Shown here one piece after another: positions 28,405 to 42,114 of a stretch of DNA of 64,000 nucleotides. Source of the stretch: an uncultured Pelagibacteraceae bacterium (GTDB lineage: Bacteria; Pseudomonadota; Alphaproteobacteria; Pelagibacterales; Pelagibacteraceae); NCBI GenBank assembly GCA_902566315.1, contig CACFIL010000001.1:7977-71976 (forward strand), given 5' to 3'. Made by a program: the position numbers and the translations under genes. Positions within the stretch are counted from its first letter, which is position 1, and each line of letters begins with the position of its first letter. Under the pieces are notes generated by a model. It saw only the letters and a program-made list of their open reading frames with translations, did not search any database and was not told the DNA's origin.

Positions 28405-28776
28405 ATGGCTGACTTAAATAAAATTATAGAGGATTTATCAAGCTTAACTGTTGTTGAAGCAGCTGAGCTATCAAAACAATTAGAGGAAAAATGGGGAGTA
28501 ACCGCTGCTGCTGCAGTTGCTGCAGCGCCATCTACTGGAGGTGGAGAAGCACCAACAGAGGAAAAAGATGATTTTACAATCATGTTAACAGCAGCAGGCG
28601 ATAAAAAAATTAACGTTATTAAAGAAGTTAGATCAATAACTGAACTAGGACTAAAAGAAGCTAAAGACCTTGTAGAAGGAGCACCAAAAGAAGTAAAAAC
28701 AGGTGTTAATAAAAAAGAAGCTGAAGAAATTAAAGCTAAGTTAGAAGCTGCAGGCGCAACAGTAGAACTTAAGTAG
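28405..28776 (+). CDS. rplL: 50S protein L7/L12
   Basis: Ala-rich hinge, [20 protein letters not shown]. Confidence 0.98.
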   Translation: MADLNKIIEDLSSLTVVEAAELSKQLEEKWGVTAAAAVAAAPSTGGGEAPTEEKDDFTIMLTAAGDKKINVIKEVRSITELGLKEAKDLVEGAPKEVKTGVNKKEAEEIKAKLEAAGATVELK

Positions 28777-28799
28777 ATTTAAAAAAGAAAGTACTTTAA

Positions 28800-28821
28800 T
28801 ACTGAATAAAACTATTCAGTA
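28800..28821 (+). promoter_or_regulatory. stem-loop between rplL and rpoB (attenuator or processing-site candidate)
   Basis: TACTGAATA-AAAC-TATTCAGTA perfect 9-bp stem. No clear U-tract. Confidence 0.5.
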
Positions 28822-28833
28822 GTAAAAATTTAT

Positions 28834-31800
28834 ATGCAATTATCTTTTACTGAAAAGAAAAATATTAGAAAAAGTTTTGGAAAACTTAGAGAAAGTTTAT
28901 CGATACCTAATTTAATTGAGGTACAGAAAAACTCATATAAAGAGCTTACAGAATTTAAAAATGATATTGAACAACACTTATCAAAAGGTTTTCATAGAGT
29001 TTTCAAAAGCATTTTTCCAATAGAGGATTTAAATGACAAAGCTACTCTTGAGTATGTTTCTTACAAACTTGAAAAGCCAAAGTTTGATGTGGAGGAATGT
29101 ATTACAAGAGGTTTAACATATTCAGCAGCACTGAAATGTACTTTAAGACTTGTAGTTTATGAAATAGATCAAGAAAATAACACGAAAGATATTTTATCCG
29201 CAAAAGAGCAAGAAGTATATATGGGGGAAGTTCCAATGATGACAAATAGTGGAACTTTTATAACCAATGGAGTTCAAAGAGTTGTAGTAAATCAAATGCA
29301 CAGAAGTCCCGGAGTGTTCTTTGATCATGACAAGGGTAAATCTCATGCCAGCGGAAAACTTTTGTTTAATTGTAGAGTAATTCCGAACCGTGGATCTTGG
29401 TTAGATTTCGAATATGATGTAAAGGACTTTTTGTACTTTAGAATTGACAGAAAGAAAAAAATATTTGTTTCTACTTTATTACAAGCATTAGGATTCAATA
29501 AGTCAGATATAGTAAATGAGTTTTATGAAAAAGAAATATTTTCATATGATCAAAGCATGAAAAAATGGAAAACAAAATTTGATCCAGAAAATTATAAAGC
29601 GAAAAATTTTTCAGAAGAGATAATTGATGCCAAAAATAATAAGGTTTTAGTAAAAATTGGTGAACAGATTAACTTTCTAACAGCAAAAAAACTGCAAAAC
29701 GAGGGACTTAAAGAAATATTAGTTTCAAATAATGCTCTATATGGAAAATTTTTGCATGAGAACTTAGTAGTAGGCGATGAAACTTTCAAAATTGGCACCG
29801 AGTTAAATGAAACTATTCTGCAAAAGGTTTTAGAGGAAAATATCAAAGTAATAAATGTAGCTAAAACTAATTATATATCAAAAGGTCCATATTTACTTAA
29901 TACAATTTTAAATGATAAGAACGACAATAAAAATGATGCAATAACAGAAATTTATAAAGTATTAAGACCAGGTGAACCACCAACAATAGAAATTGCAACT
30001 CAAATTTTTAATAACTTATTTTTTAGTTCAGATAGATATGATTTATCTGATGTGGGTAGAGTAAAAATGAATTCGAGATTGGATCTAAATTGTTCTGATA
30101 AAATTACAATTTTAAGAAATGACGATATTTTAGCTATAATAAAAAAAATGTTGGATTTGAGGGATGGAAAAGATGAAGTAGATGATATTGATCATTTAGG
30201 AAATAGAAGAGTAAGATCTGTAGGTGAACTTGTAGAAAATCAAGCTAGAATTGGTGTTTATAGAATGGAAAGAGCAATTAAAGAGAAAATGACTACTCTT
30301 GATGTTGAGTCTGCAATGCCACAAGATTTGATTAATGCCAAACCTTTAACTATTTCGTTGAAAGATTTTTTTGCTACTTCACAACTATCACAATTTATGG
30401 ATCAAACTAATCCATTATCCGAAATTACTCATAAGAGAAGAGTTTCTGCTTTAGGCCCAGGAGGTCTAACAAGAGAAAGAGCTGGTTTTGAAGTTCGAGA
30501 CGTACATCCAACTCATTATGGCCGTATATGTCCAATCGAAACTCCTGAGGGCCCAAATATAGGTTTGATTAACAGTCTATCTACGTATTCAAAAATTAAT
30601 AAATATGGTTTTATAGAAAGCCCATATAAAAAAGTTGAGAATGGCGTGGTACAAGATAAGATAGAATATCTCTCTGCAATGGAAGAAACTAAATATACTA
30701 TTGCACAAGCTAATTCAGTTTTAGATAAAAATGGAAAATTTGTCGAGGAATTGATCTCAAGCAGAGCAAATCTAGACTTTATATTATCAAAACCTGAAAA
30801 TATTGATTATATAGATGTTTCTCCTAAACAGCTAGTTTCAGTTGCTGCTTCGTTAATACCATTTTTAGAAAATGATGACGCGAATAGAGCTTTGATGGGA
30901 TCTAATATGATGAGACAAGCTGTACCATTATTAAAACCAGAGGCCCCACTTGTTGGAACAGGAATTGAGAGCGATGTTGCGCTAGACTCAGGAGTAACAA
31001 TTGTTGCAAGGAGAGATGGAATTGTCGATAAAATTGATGGAAAAAGAATTGTAATTAAAGCTTCAAATGAAAAAGATTATTCACAATCTGGAGTGGATAT
31101 TTATAATTTACAAAAATTTAAAAGATCCAACCAAAATACATGTATCAATCAAAAACCCTTAGTTAGAGTGGGAGATAATGTTAAATCTGGAGACATTATT
31201 GCTGATGGACCATCTACAAAAATTGGAGAGCTAGCTTTAGGTAAAAATGTTACTGTGGCATTCATGCCCTGGCAAGGATATAATTTTGAGGACTCCATAC
31301 TCATATCTGAGAGATGCGTGACAGATGATGTATTTACTTCAATACACATAGAAGAATATGAAGTGATGGCTAGAGATACAAAATTAGGTGAAGAAGATAT
31401 AACAAGAGATATACCTAATATAAACGAAGAGGCTTTAAAAAATCTAGATGAATCTGGGATAGTTTATATAGGTGCTGAAGTAAAACCAGGTGATATTTTA
31501 GTTGGAAAAGTAACACCAAAAGGAGACTCAGCATCTGGACCTGAAGAGAAACTTTTGAGATCAATATTTGGCGAAAAGGCAATTGATGTAACTGATACAT
31601 CATTAAAAATGCCTAGTGGAAGTGGTGGTATTGTGGTTGATGTTAGAGTATTTAACAGACATGGTATAGATAAAGATGAGAGATCTATCACTATTGAAAG
31701 AGCTGAGATAGAGAGTGTCCAGCAAGATAAAAATGTAGAGGAAGAAATATTAGAAAGAAGTATAAAACAAAGGGCGTCCTCAATATTAAATAATACGAAA

Positions 31801-32916
31801 TTGAATAAAAAAATTAAGAACTATGAATCAGGTGTAAATTTAACTGAAGAAATTATTTTTGGTTTATCAGTAGCTGACTTACTAAAGATTTCAGTGCAAG
31901 ATTTAAAAAAAGTTGAGGCATTACATCAGCTAAGATCTCAATATGAAAAAGCCAAAAACGGTATACAAGAAAGATTTGAGGACAAAGTATTAAAAATTAG
32001 ACAAGGCGATGATCTACTACCAAGCGTAATGAAAATGGTAAAAGTATTTGTCGCAATTAAAAGAAGACTAAGACCTGGTGACAAAATGTCAGGAAGACAT
32101 GGTAATAAGGGTGTAGTCAGCAAAATAGTTCCAGTTGAGGACATGCCTTATAGAGAAAATGGTAAACCCGTTGATATTGTCTTAAACCCTTTAGGAGTAC
32201 CAAGTAGAATGAATGTTGGTCAAATCCTGGAAACTCATCTAGGCTGGTCATGTAAAGAATTGGGGGAACAATTAACTGATTTGATAAATCAAAATCAAAA
32301 AAATATAGCTAAGGAGGAAAAAATTTCAAAATTTTTGAAATCTGTTTATGGAGATGAGGTGTACTCAGAAAATATAGATACTTTAAGCAATACTGAATTT
32401 AAAGATTTATGCGAAAATATTCAAAGTGGAATTCCAATATCTACACCAGTTTTTGACGGAGCAAAGGAAAGAGATGTAACAAAAATGTTAGAATTGGCAA
32501 AATTACCTAATTCTGGTCAAACATCTCTATGGGATGGAAGAACCGGAGAAAAATTTGATAGACCAGTAACTGTTGGCATAATTTATATGCTTAAATTACA
32601 TCATCTAGTTGAAGATAAGATACATGCTAGATCAACAGGACCATATAGTTTAGTTACACAACAACCTTTGGGTGGCAAAGCTCAATTAGGTGGACAAAGA
32701 TTTGGTGAAATGGAAGTTTGGGCTTTAGAAGCATATGGAGCATCATATACACTTCAAGAAATATTAACTGTAAAATCAGATGATGTTGCTGGTCGTGTTA
32801 AAGTCTACGAAACTATCGTCAAGGGTGAGGAAAATTTCGAATCTGGAATACCAGAGTCATTCAATGTATTAGTAAAAGAAATCAAATCATTAGCATTAAA
32901 TGTGGAGCTTAATTAA
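28834..32916 (+). CDS. rpoB: RNA polymerase beta subunit
   Basis: [30 protein letters not shown]. Confidence 0.99.
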   Translation: MQLSFTEKKNIRKSFGKLRESLSIPNLIEVQKNSYKELTEFKNDIEQHLSKGFHRVFKSIFPIEDLNDKATLEYVSYKLEKPKFDVEECITRGLTYSAALKCTLRLVVYEIDQENNTKDILSAKEQEVYMGEVPMMTNSGTFITNGVQRVVVNQMHRSPGVFFDHDKGKSHASGKLLFNCRVIPNRGSWLDFEYDVKDFLYFRIDRKKKIFVSTLLQALGFNKSDIVNEFYEKEIFSYDQSMKKWKTKFDPENYKAKNFSEEIIDAKNNKVLVKIGEQINFLTAKKLQNEGLKEILVSNNALYGKFLHENLVVGDETFKIGTELNETILQKVLEENIKVINVAKTNYISKGPYLLNTILNDKNDNKNDAITEIYKVLRPGEPPTIEIATQIFNNLFFSSDRYDLSDVGRVKMNSRLDLNCSDKITILRNDDILAIIKKMLDLRDGKDEVDDIDHLGNRRVRSVGELVENQARIGVYRMERAIKEKMTTLDVESAMPQDLINAKPLTISLKDFFATSQLSQFMDQTNPLSEITHKRRVSALGPGGLTRERAGFEVRDVHPTHYGRICPIETPEGPNIGLINSLSTYSKINKYGFIESPYKKVENGVVQDKIEYLSAMEETKYTIAQANSVLDKNGKFVEELISSRANLDFILSKPENIDYIDVSPKQLVSVAASLIPFLENDDANRALMGSNMMRQAVPLLKPEAPLVGTGIESDVALDSGVTIVARRDGIVDKIDGKRIVIKASNEKDYSQSGVDIYNLQKFKRSNQNTCINQKPLVRVGDNVKSGDIIADGPSTKIGELALGKNVTVAFMPWQGYNFEDSILISERCVTDDVFTSIHIEEYEVMARDTKLGEEDITRDIPNINEEALKNLDESGIVYIGAEVKPGDILVGKVTPKGDSASGPEEKLLRSIFGEKAIDVTDTSLKMPSGSGGIVVDVRVFNRHGIDKDERSITIERAEIESVQQDKNVEEEILERSIKQRASSILNNTKLNKKIKNYESGVNLTEEIIFGLSVADLLKISVQDLKKVEALHQLRSQYEKAKNGIQERFEDKVLKIRQGDDLLPSVMKMVKVFVAIKRRLRPGDKMSGRHGNKGVVSKIVPVEDMPYRENGKPVDIVLNPLGVPSRMNVGQILETHLGWSCKELGEQLTDLINQNQKNIAKEEKISKFLKSVYGDEVYSENIDTLSNTEFKDLCENIQSGIPISTPVFDGAKERDVTKMLELAKLPNSGQTSLWDGRTGEKFDRPVTVGIIYMLKLHHLVEDKIHARSTGPYSLVTQQPLGGKAQLGGQRFGEMEVWALEAYGASYTLQEILTVKSDDVAGRVKVYETIVKGEENFESGIPESFNVLVKEIKSLALNVELN

Positions 32917-32919
32917 TAT

Positions 32920-35900
32920 ATGAGCAAAGAGTTATCAGATTTATTCAAATCGTCAGAAATATCGGAAGCGCAAAATTTTAATAGTATTAAAATAACATTG
33001 GCAAGCCCTGAAAAAATAAAATCATGGACTTTCGGAGAAATAAAAAAACCTGAAACAATTAATTATAGAACTTTTAGACCAGAAAAAGATGGTTTATTTT
33101 GTGCAAGAATATTTGGACCTATCAAAGATTATGAGTGTATCTGCGGAAAATATAAAAGAATGAAATTTAGAGGAATTATTTGTGAAAAATGTGGAGTAGA
33201 AGTTACAAAATCAAACGTCAGACGTGAGAGAATGGGTCATATAAATCTTGCAACTCCAGTTGCTCATATATGGTTCTTAAAATCGTTACCAAGTAGAATT
33301 TCTTTAGTTGTTGATATGAAATTAAAGGAAGTAGAACGTGTTCTATATTTTGAAAACTTTATTGTTATAGAGCCAGGCTTAACAGGATTAAAGAAAAATC
33401 AGCTATTAGGTGAGGAAGAGTTAATAAAATACCAAGATGAATATGGCGAAGAAGCATTTACAGCTGGCATTGGTGCCGAAGCTATTTTAGAAATTCTTAA
33501 ATCGATAAATTTAGAAGAAGAAAGAGATTTATTGATTAAGAATATCAAAGAAACAAAATCAAAAGTTAATGAGGAGAGATCGATAAAAAGATTAAAATTA
33601 ATTGAGTCTTTTATTGAAACAGGAAATAAACCTGAATGGATGATATTAACAACAGTACCAGTTATTCCACCTGAGTTAAGACCGCTTGTTCCATTAGATG
33701 GTGGAAGATTTGCAACTTCTGATTTGAATGATTTATACAGAAGAGTCATAAATAGAAATAATAGATTAAAGAGATTAATAGATTTAAAAGCACCAGACAT
33801 TATTGTTAGAAATGAAAAAAGAATGCTACAAGAGTCAGTGGATGCTCTTTTTGACAATGGAAGGAGAGGAAGAGTAATTACTGGTACTGGTAAAAGACCT
33901 CTCAAATCTTTAGCTGAAATGTTAAAAGGAAAACAAGGAAGATTTAGACAAAATCTATTAGGCAAAAGAGTTGATTACTCTGGAAGGTCGGTAATTGTTG
34001 TTGGACCAGATCTTAAACTACATGAATGTGGATTACCTAAAAAAATGGCTTTAGAATTATTTAAGCCATTTTTATACGCCAGATTAAATAAATTAGGATT
34101 AGCATCAACAATCAAACAGGCAAAAAAATTAGTTGAAAAGGAAAGAACGGAAGTCTGGGATGCTCTAGAGCTAATAGTCAGAGAACATCCAGTAATACTT
34201 AACAGGGCACCAACACTTCACAGATTGGGTGTTCAAGCTTTTGAACCAAAATTAATTGAAGGAAATGCTATAGAACTTCATCCATTAACTTGTGCTGCAT
34301 TCAATGCTGATTTTGATGGCGATCAAATGGCTGTACATGTGCCCTTAAGTTTAGAGGCTCAGTTGGAGGCAAGAGTATTAATGATGTCTACCAACAATAT
34401 TTTAAGCCCATCAAATGGTAAACCTATAATTGTACCAAGTCAGGATATGATCCTAGGTATATATTATTTATCTCAACCACCGGTACAAACAGAAAAAGTT
34501 GATGGATATTTTGTAAACACATCTGAAATTGAACATGCACTAGAAACAGGACAAATTAAAGTTCATTCAAGAATAGTGTCTAGATTTGAAACCTTAGATG
34601 AAAAAGGAAATACAAAGTTTGAAAAGCATATAAGTACAGCAGGAAGGTTTTTGTTATCGAGTATAATTCCTAAGAACGTAAATAACAAATTTGCATTAAT
34701 TGATAGATTGCTTCCGAAAAAGGTAGTTTCAGAGGTTATAGATCATGTATTTAGATTTTCAGGTCAAAAAAGTACTGTAATTTTCTGTGACAAATTAAAA
34801 GATATTGGATTTAAGCATGCATTTAAAGCTGGAATTTCATTTGGAAAAGACGACTTATTAATTCCAGATAATAAAGAGCAACTAATAGATGAAACAAAAA
34901 AATTAATTGCTGATTATGAAGGTCAATATGCAGAGGGACTTATAACAAGAGGAGAAAAGTATAACAAAGTTATTGATGCTTGGTCTAAATGCACAGATAA
35001 AGTTGCATCTGAAATGATGAAAAGAATTTCAGCAACTGAAGTTACTAACGAGGGATTAAAAATAAATTCAGTATTTATGATGGCTGATAGTGGTGCCAGG
35101 GGATCAGCTGCACAAATGAAACAATTAGCAGGTATGAGAGGTTTAATAGCAAAACCATCAGGTGAAATTATTGAAACTCCAATTACATCAAACTTTAAAG
35201 AGGGTCTTACAGCTCTAGAATATTTTAATTCAACACATGGTGCTAGAAAAGGTTTAGCAGATACAGCTCTAAAAACTGCAAGTTCAGGTTATTTAACAAG
35301 AAGATTGTGTGATGTTGCTCAAGACTTAACAATTACCAAGCCTAAATGCGATATGAAATGTGGATCAATTAAACTTACAGAAGTTCTAGAAGGTGGAAAT
35401 ATAATGGTAAGTCTATCTGAAAGAGCATTAGGTAGAGTTGCTGCAAAAGAAATAAAAAATCCATTAACAGGTGATATTTTAATAAAAAAAGATGAAATGA
35501 TTGATGAAGCAGGATGTGAGAAAATAGATGCAGCTGGGGTTAAAAGCATAAACGTATATTCAGTAATGACATGTGGTGCAAAAGAAGGTGTTTGTGCAAC
35601 TTCATATGGCAGAGATCTTTCTAGAGGTAAAATGGTTCATGTTGGTGAAGCAATAGGTATGATTTCAGCACAATCAATTGGCGAACCAGGAACACAGCTA
35701 ACCATGAGAACTTTTCACGTAGGAGGAACAGCATCAGTGAAACAGGAGTCACAAATAGTGTCAAGCACTGAAGGTATACTTAAAATTGTAAATACAAACT
35801 TAATTAAGGATTCAAAAAACAATCAAATTGTAATGGGTAGAAATACCGAAATATCTATTGAGGATGATAATGGACTACAGGTAGCATCTTACAAAGTTCC

Positions 35901-37086
35901 TTATGGATCTAAATTATTTTTTGAAAATGAACAAAAAGTTAAAAAAGGTGCAAAAATTTGTGAGTGGGATCCATATACAACGCCAGTAATTGCTGAAAAA
36001 GATGGTATAGCAAATTATGTTGATTTGATTGATGGAGTTTCTATAGCAGAGACAACAGATGACGCTACAGGTATAGCAACAAAGGCTGTGGTAGATTGGA
36101 AAACACAATCTAAAAATACTGACTTAAAACCAAGAATTACACTTAGAGATGAGAAAGGGAATGTAATAAAAAAAGCAGACGACAACGAGGCAAGATATTA
36201 TTTAGTGCCAGACTCTATTTTATCCGTAAAGGATGGACAAAAAATTACTGCTGGTGATGTAATTGCAAGATTACCAAAAGAAACAACTAAAACTAAAGAT
36301 ATTACCGGTGGATTACCAAGAGTTGCAGAACTATTTGAAGCCAGAAAAGCTAAAGATAGTGCAATCATAGCCGAAAATGATGGAAGTGTAATTTTTGGAA
36401 AGGAAGTTAGAGGGAAACAAAGGGTGACAATAGAGGCTGAAAATGGTGAGACGTCAACCTACTTAATTCCAAAAGGAAAACACATTAATTTCAACCAAGG
36501 TGAAAAAATTAAAAAAGGTGAATATTTGTTGGATGGTCAACCCTTGCCTCATGATATTCTTAGAATATTAGGAATAGAGGAACTAACTGAGTACTTTGTT
36601 AATCAAGTTCAAGATGTATATAGACTTCAAGGAGTTATTATTAATGACAAACATATTGAAACTATTTTAAGACAAATGTTAAAAAAAATAGAAATAAAAG
36701 AAACTGGCGATAGTAAATTGTTACCTGGAGAAATTGTGGATAGAATAAAATTTGAAACAATGAATGAGGAATTGGTTGCGGATGGCAAAAAACCAGCAGT
36801 TGGTGAAAGAGTTTTAATGGGTATTACTAAAGCATCTCTACAAACAGAGTCTTTTATATCAGCAGCCTCATTCCAAGAAACTACAAGAGTTCTAACTGAT
36901 GCAGCAATTAAAGGCAAAATAGATAAACTCTCAGGTTTAAAAGAAAATGTGATTGTTGGAAGACTAGTACCAGCAGGAACCGGATCAATAAAGAATTCTT
37001 GGAACAAAAAAGCTTTGGATGATGATCAAAAGTTTTTATCTGAGCAAGAAACTTCAGAAGCATCTGAGGCACAAATAAACCAGTAA
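32920..37086 (+). CDS. rpoC: RNA polymerase beta' subunit
   Basis: NADFDGD catalytic motif and N-terminal Zn finger. Confidence 0.99.
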   Translation: MSKELSDLFKSSEISEAQNFNSIKITLASPEKIKSWTFGEIKKPETINYRTFRPEKDGLFCARIFGPIKDYECICGKYKRMKFRGIICEKCGVEVTKSNVRRERMGHINLATPVAHIWFLKSLPSRISLVVDMKLKEVERVLYFENFIVIEPGLTGLKKNQLLGEEELIKYQDEYGEEAFTAGIGAEAILEILKSINLEEERDLLIKNIKETKSKVNEERSIKRLKLIESFIETGNKPEWMILTTVPVIPPELRPLVPLDGGRFATSDLNDLYRRVINRNNRLKRLIDLKAPDIIVRNEKRMLQESVDALFDNGRRGRVITGTGKRPLKSLAEMLKGKQGRFRQNLLGKRVDYSGRSVIVVGPDLKLHECGLPKKMALELFKPFLYARLNKLGLASTIKQAKKLVEKERTEVWDALELIVREHPVILNRAPTLHRLGVQAFEPKLIEGNAIELHPLTCAAFNADFDGDQMAVHVPLSLEAQLEARVLMMSTNNILSPSNGKPIIVPSQDMILGIYYLSQPPVQTEKVDGYFVNTSEIEHALETGQIKVHSRIVSRFETLDEKGNTKFEKHISTAGRFLLSSIIPKNVNNKFALIDRLLPKKVVSEVIDHVFRFSGQKSTVIFCDKLKDIGFKHAFKAGISFGKDDLLIPDNKEQLIDETKKLIADYEGQYAEGLITRGEKYNKVIDAWSKCTDKVASEMMKRISATEVTNEGLKINSVFMMADSGARGSAAQMKQLAGMRGLIAKPSGEIIETPITSNFKEGLTALEYFNSTHGARKGLADTALKTASSGYLTRRLCDVAQDLTITKPKCDMKCGSIKLTEVLEGGNIMVSLSERALGRVAAKEIKNPLTGDILIKKDEMIDEAGCEKIDAAGVKSINVYSVMTCGAKEGVCATSYGRDLSRGKMVHVGEAIGMISAQSIGEPGTQLTMRTFHVGGTASVKQESQIVSSTEGILKIVNTNLIKDSKNNQIVMGRNTEISIEDDNGLQVASYKVPYGSKLFFENEQKVKKGAKICEWDPYTTPVIAEKDGIANYVDLIDGVSIAETTDDATGIATKAVVDWKTQSKNTDLKPRITLRDEKGNVIKKADDNEARYYLVPDSILSVKDGQKITAGDVIARLPKETTKTKDITGGLPRVAELFEARKAKDSAIIAENDGSVIFGKEVRGKQRVTIEAENGETSTYLIPKGKHINFNQGEKIKKGEYLLDGQPLPHDILRILGIEELTEYFVNQVQDVYRLQGVIINDKHIETILRQMLKKIEIKETGDSKLLPGEIVDRIKFETMNEELVADGKKPAVGERVLMGITKASLQTESFISAASFQETTRVLTDAAIKGKIDKLSGLKENVIVGRLVPAGTGSIKNSWNKKALDDDQKFLSEQETSEASEAQINQ

Positions 37087-37115
37087 TTTAAACAACTTTT
37101 TAGTTTTTATTTAGT

Positions 37116-37143
37116 TTGACAAATACAATTTCTAATGTATTTT
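37116..37143 (+). promoter_or_regulatory. sigma70-like promoter of the str operon
   Basis: TTGACA-N16-TATTTT upstream of rpsL. Confidence 0.5.
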
Positions 37144-37148
37144 GGCCA

Positions 37149-37201
37149 TGTTTTTGGTTGGAATGTAGTGCTTAGAGCACTAAACGCTGCCACAAATAAC
37201 A
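37149..37201 (+). ncRNA. structured rpsL 5' leader (candidate cis-regulatory RNA)
   Basis: Hairpin TAGTGCT-TAG-AGCACTA (37166-37182) nested in a longer imperfect stem, in one of the few long intergenic gaps of the cluster. Confidence 0.55.
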
Positions 37202-37246
37202 CGTCAGTTATTTTCATCAAAAATACAGATAATTTTAAAATTTATT

Positions 37247-37618
37247 ATGCCGACTATAAACCAGTTAGTTAGAAAAAGTAGAGATAAACAGATTACTAGA
37301 AATAAGGTTCCAGCTTTGCAAAAGCAACCTTTAAAAAGAGGTGTTTGTGTGAAAGTTTACACTACAACTCCAAAAAAACCAAACTCTGCATTAAGAAAAG
37401 TTGCTCGTGTGAGATTATCTAATGGTTTTGAAGTCACAGCGTATATTCCAGGTGAGGGTCATAATCTACAAGAACACTCTGTTGTTTTGATAAGAGGTGG
37501 AAGAGTTAAAGATTTACCTGGTGTTCGATATCATGTTTTAAGAGGAAATCTAGACACGCAAGGTGTTGCGAATCGAAAGCAAAGACGATCACTTTATGGA
37601 ACAAAAAAAGGTAAATAA
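37247..37618 (+). CDS. rpsL: 30S protein S12
   Basis: [27 protein letters not shown]. Confidence 0.99.
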   Translation: MPTINQLVRKSRDKQITRNKVPALQKQPLKRGVCVKVYTTTPKKPNSALRKVARVRLSNGFEVTAYIPGEGHNLQEHSVVLIRGGRVKDLPGVRYHVLRGNLDTQGVANRKQRRSLYGTKKGK

Positions 37619-37620
37619 TA

Positions 37621-38091
37621 ATGTCTAGAAAAAGAAAAGCACCAAAAAAATTAGCTGTTATAGACCCAAAATATAAATCAACAATTATTCCAAAATTAAT
37701 AAACTCCATTATGTATGATGGAAAAAAAACAATAGCTGAAAAAATAATTTACGATGCAATAGAAAAAATTAAAAGTAAAACAAAAGATGAACCTTTAAAT
37801 ATTTTTAATGATGCAATTAATAATATTAGACCGACTGTTGAAGTAAGATCTAGAAGAGTGGGTGGTGCAACTTATCAAGTTCCAGTTGAAGTTAAATCAA
37901 AGAGATCGCAAGCTTTAGCATTGAGATGGTTAGTTGATGCCTCAAGAAAGAGAAAAGACAAAAAAATGTCAGATAAAATATTTAACGAAATATACGATGC
38001 CTACCAAAATAGAGGTTCAGCAATCAAAAAAAAGGAAGATACACACAAAATGGCAGAGTCAAATAAAGCTTTTGCACATTTTAGATGGTAA
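37621..38091 (+). CDS. rpsG: 30S protein S7
   Basis: [19 protein letters not shown]. Confidence 0.99.
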   Translation: MSRKRKAPKKLAVIDPKYKSTIIPKLINSIMYDGKKTIAEKIIYDAIEKIKSKTKDEPLNIFNDAINNIRPTVEVRSRRVGGATYQVPVEVKSKRSQALALRWLVDASRKRKDKKMSDKIFNEIYDAYQNRGSAIKKKEDTHKMAESNKAFAHFRW

Positions 38092-38096
38092 TAAAC

Positions 38097-40172
38097 ATGT
38101 CAAGAACACACACATTAGACAAATATAGAAACATAGGTATCATGGCTCACATAGATGCTGGCAAAACTACAACGACAGAAAGAATTCTATACTACACAGG
38201 TAAAAGCCACAAAATTGGCGAGGTTCATGATGGTGCCGCAACAATGGACTGGATGGAACAAGAGCAAGAAAGAGGTATTACAATCACATCAGCAGCAACT
38301 ACTTGTTTTTGGAATGACCACAGAATTAATATAATAGACACACCTGGTCATGTTGATTTCACAATTGAAGTTGAAAGATCTTTAAAAGTTCTTGATGGTG
38401 CAGTAGCAGTATTTGATGGAGTTGCTGGGGTGGAACCTCAATCCGAAACAGTTTGGAGGCAGGCAGATAAATATAAAGTACCAAGAATATGTTTTGTTAA
38501 CAAATTAGACAGAACAGGAGCGGACTTTTTTAGATGTGTGGGCATGATAAAAGATCGTCTTGGCGCCAAACCATTAGTTATGCAAATACCAATTGGTATT
38601 GAGGCATCTTTAAAAGGAGTTGTTGATCTAGTTAAAATGAAAGCTATTATTTGGAAAAATGAAGACCTAGGTGCAGCCTGGGAATTAATAGACATACCTG
38701 ACGATTTAAAAGAAATTTCCTTAAAATACCGTCAAGAGCTAGTAGAGACAGCCGTAGAGCAAGATGAAAAACTTATGGAAGACTACCTTGGTGGTAAAGA
38801 TATTTCTGAAGAAGAATTAATCGGTTGTATTAGAAAAGGATGCCTAGGCTTTGATTTTGTTCCAGTGTTAACTGGTTCAGCTTTTAAAAACAAAGGTGTA
38901 CAACCTCTTTTAGATGCAGTGGTTAACTATCTTCCAAGTCCAAGAGATATAGGATCAATAAAAGGAACTAAGCCAGGTTCAGATGATGAGATAGAAATGA
39001 AATTTGAGGATACTGCTCCTTTTTCTGCACTTGCTTTTAAAGTTGCAAACGACCCTTTTGTTGGAAGTTTAACCTTTATAAGAATTTATTCTGGAACAGT
39101 AAAATCTGGAACTGGAATTTATAACACCTCAAAAGATAAAGAGGAAAGGGTTGGTCGTATGCTATTAATGCACGCTAATTCTAGAGAAGATATCAAAGAG
39201 GCAAATGCTGGAGATATAGTTGCCTTAGCAGGTTTAAAAAATACTATAACAGGACATACACTTGCAAATAAAGAAGCTCCAGTTTTACTCGAACCGATGG
39301 AGTTTCCAGATCCAGTAATAGAAATTGCGGTAGAGCCAAAAACCAAAGCTGACCAAGAAAAAATGGGAGAAGCTCTTGGTAGACTAGCTAAAGAAGATCC
39401 ATCATTTAGAGTAACATCTGATGAAGAGTCAGGTCAAACAATTATAAAAGGAATGGGTGAATTACACCTTGATATAATTGTTGATAGAATGAAAAGAGAA
39501 TTTAAAGTTGAGGCCAATGTAGGAGCTCCTCAAGTTGCATATAGAGAAACTATTCTCTCAGCAGCCGAAAATGACTACACTCATAAAAAGCAGAGTGGTG
39601 GTGCTGGACAATTTGCAAGAGTAAAACTTACAGTAGAACCTCTAGAACCTGGAAAAGGAAGAGAAATTGAAAGTAAAATCAAAGGTGGAGCAATACCTAA
39701 AGAATTTATACCAGGTGTTGAAAAAGGGGTAGAAACAGTTGCTGATGGAGGTATCTTAGCTGGATTTCCACTTATAGACTACAAAGTTACAATAGTTGAT
39801 GGATTACATCATGATGTCGATTCAAGCGTTTTAGCTTTTGAGTTAGCATCAAGACAATGTTTTAAAGATGCATGCGTTAAAGCTACACTAAAATTATTAG
39901 AGCCGATTATGAGAGTGGAAGTTGTCACGCCTGAAGATTATATGGGTGATGTTATAGGTGACTTAAATAGTAGACGTGGACAAATAAGTACACAAGAGCA
40001 AAGAGGTAACGCTACTGTGATAACCGCAATGGTACCCTTAGCAAATATGTTTGGTTATATAAATAATTTAAGATCCATGTCGCAAGGAAGAGCTCAATAT
40101 TCAATGTTTTTTGATCACTATGACAAAGTGCCACAAAATGTTCAAGACGAAGTAACAAAAAAAACAGGTTAA
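38097..40172 (+). CDS. fusA: elongation factor G
   Basis: [23 protein letters not shown]. Start set at ATG 38097. Confidence 0.99.
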   Translation: MSRTHTLDKYRNIGIMAHIDAGKTTTTERILYYTGKSHKIGEVHDGAATMDWMEQEQERGITITSAATTCFWNDHRINIIDTPGHVDFTIEVERSLKVLDGAVAVFDGVAGVEPQSETVWRQADKYKVPRICFVNKLDRTGADFFRCVGMIKDRLGAKPLVMQIPIGIEASLKGVVDLVKMKAIIWKNEDLGAAWELIDIPDDLKEISLKYRQELVETAVEQDEKLMEDYLGGKDISEEELIGCIRKGCLGFDFVPVLTGSAFKNKGVQPLLDAVVNYLPSPRDIGSIKGTKPGSDDEIEMKFEDTAPFSALAFKVANDPFVGSLTFIRIYSGTVKSGTGIYNTSKDKEERVGRMLLMHANSREDIKEANAGDIVALAGLKNTITGHTLANKEAPVLLEPMEFPDPVIEIAVEPKTKADQEKMGEALGRLAKEDPSFRVTSDEESGQTIIKGMGELHLDIIVDRMKREFKVEANVGAPQVAYRETILSAAENDYTHKKQSGGAGQFARVKLTVEPLEPGKGREIESKIKGGAIPKEFIPGVEKGVETVADGGILAGFPLIDYKVTIVDGLHHDVDSSVLAFELASRQCFKDACVKATLKLLEPIMRVEVVTPEDYMGDVIGDLNSRRGQISTQEQRGNATVITAMVPLANMFGYINNLRSMSQGRAQYSMFFDHYDKVPQNVQDEVTKKTG

Positions 40173-40174
40173 AT

Positions 40175-40483
40175 ATGGAAAAACAAAATATTAGAATAAA
40201 GTTAAGAGCATACGACAATAAAGTACTAGATCAATCTACCGAAGAGATTGTTAATACAGTTAAAAGAACAGGTGCTAACATAAAGGGACCAATACCATTA
40301 CCAACAAAAAAAGAGAGATATACAGTATTAAGATCACCTCATATTGACAAAAAAAGTAGAGAGCAATTTGAAACAAGAACTCACAAAAGATTAATTGATA
40401 TAATAGAACCAACACCAGCAACAGTTGAAGCATTAATGAAATTAGATTTAGCATCAGGAGTCGATGTGGAGATTAAAATTTGA
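40175..40483 (+). CDS. rpsJ: 30S protein S10
   Basis: GPIPLPT, RSPH..K.SREQFE. Confidence 0.98.
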   Translation: MEKQNIRIKLRAYDNKVLDQSTEEIVNTVKRTGANIKGPIPLPTKKERYTVLRSPHIDKKSREQFETRTHKRLIDIIEPTPATVEALMKLDLASGVDVEIKI

Positions 40484-41190
40484 TGAGTGAAATTAGCCTA
40501 ATTGGAAAAAAAATTGGTATGACAAGAGAGTTTTTCAAAAGTGGACAATCTGTACCTGTAACTGTGCTAAAAGTTGAAAAAGGTAGAGTAATTCAATTAA
40601 TACATAAGGAACATAGAGGGTATAACGCTGTTCAGGTTGGTTTTGGCAAAATTAAAAATTCAAAACTATCTAAATCAATGAAAGGATATTTTGCAAAAAA
40701 AAACACAGAGGCAAAAAAAATATTAAAGGAATTTAAAGTAAAAGAATTAGCAGATTACAAAGAGGGAAATGAATTTGGGATTGAAATCTTTAAAGACATT
40801 AAGTTTCTTGATGTAAGAGCAAAAACTATAGGGAAAGGTTTTGCAGGAGCTATGAAAAGACATAATTTTGGAGGATTAAGGGCTTCACATGGTGTTTCTA
40901 TATCTCATAGAGCTCATGGGTCTACGGGACAAAATCAAGATCCAGGAAAAGTATTTAAAGGTAAAAAAATGGCTGGTCACATGGGAGATAAAATGCGATC
41001 GATACAAAATCTTGAAATTATTAAAACTGATCTAGATAACGAACTAATATACTTAAAAGGTTCAATACCTGGATCTAAAAACTCTGAGGTTATATTAAAA
41101 AAGTCTGTAAAAAATATTAATAAACTGACTATTGCTGAAAAAATAGAAATTATAGAAAAATCAAAAAAAACTAAAGACAAGAAAAAGTAA
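40483..41190 (+). CDS. rplC: 50S protein L3
   Basis: GKKIGMT, GKGFAG.MKRH, GKKMAGHMG. Confidence 0.98.
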   Translation: MSEISLIGKKIGMTREFFKSGQSVPVTVLKVEKGRVIQLIHKEHRGYNAVQVGFGKIKNSKLSKSMKGYFAKKNTEAKKILKEFKVKELADYKEGNEFGIEIFKDIKFLDVRAKTIGKGFAGAMKRHNFGGLRASHGVSISHRAHGSTGQNQDPGKVFKGKKMAGHMGDKMRSIQNLEIIKTDLDNELIYLKGSIPGSKNSEVILKKSVKNINKLTIAEKIEIIEKSKKTKDKKK

Positions 41191-41193
41191 CTC

Positions 41194-41814
41194 ATGAAAA
41201 TAGATAAATTAAATTTGGATGGTAAAAAAAACCCAATAGAGATATCTGATAAAATAATTGCAGCTAAAATAAACGATAAACTTGTTAGCAATGTTCTGTA
41301 TAAAACAAATGCAAATTACAAGGGTAGAAAAGCAAAAACTAAACAAAAAAATGAAATTACAGGATCAACATCAAAAATTTATGCTCAAAAAGGAACAGGA
41401 AATGCAAGGCACGCAAGTAAAAAAGCACCTATATTTGTCGGAGGAGGTGTTGCGCATGGTCCCAAAGGTGAATTAAATCACAGAAAAAGAAAACTTAATA
41501 AAAGTGAAAAAAAATTAAGTATAGCATCATTAATAACAAAAAAAAATAATCTCAAAGATTTAATAATTTTCAATGATTTTGAAAAGCAAATTTTAAAGAC
41601 AAAAGAAATGAACAATATTCTTATCAAATTTGAAGCTAAAAATTCAATAATAATTGCCGATAAAAAATCCAAAGACAATATCTTTAAATCAGTAAAAAAT
41701 ATTCCTAATGTAAAAATTACAGATGTTAACCACTTTAGCGCTTACGATTTAGCTAAATTTAAAAAAATAATATTTACCGAAACCTCAATCAAAGAATTAG
41801 AAAAAAGATATTAA
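41194..41814 (+). CDS. rplD: 50S protein L4
   Basis: QKGTGNARH, GGGVAHGP. Confidence 0.97.
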   Translation: MKIDKLNLDGKKNPIEISDKIIAAKINDKLVSNVLYKTNANYKGRKAKTKQKNEITGSTSKIYAQKGTGNARHASKKAPIFVGGGVAHGPKGELNHRKRKLNKSEKKLSIASLITKKNNLKDLIIFNDFEKQILKTKEMNNILIKFEAKNSIIIADKKSKDNIFKSVKNIPNVKITDVNHFSAYDLAKFKKIIFTETSIKELEKRY

Positions 41815-41816
41815 AA

Positions 41817-42110
41817 ATGGAAAAAATACACTTATATGATAAAGTAATTTCACCTTTAGTTACTGAAAAATCAACAAATCTTTCAGAACAAAATAAAATT
41901 ATATTTAAGGTAAATACCAAAGCAAATAAAAAAAACTTAAAAATTAATATTGAAAAAATTTTTAAAGTAAATGTCATTAAAGTTAATATTATTAATAAAA
42001 AAACAAGAATTAAAGTTACTAGAGGTAAAAAAGTAAGAGTTAAAGGTTACAAAAAAGCAATTATAACACTTAAAAAAGGTCAGAATATCGACCTAACTAC
42101 AGGAATTTAA
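41817..42110 (+). CDS. rplW: 50S protein L23
   Basis: P.VTEKS, KKAIITL. Confidence 0.97.
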   Translation: MEKIHLYDKVISPLVTEKSTNLSEQNKIIFKVNTKANKKNLKINIEKIFKVNVIKVNIINKKTRIKVTRGKKVRVKGYKKAIITLKKGQNIDLTTGI

Positions 42111-42114
42111 AAAA

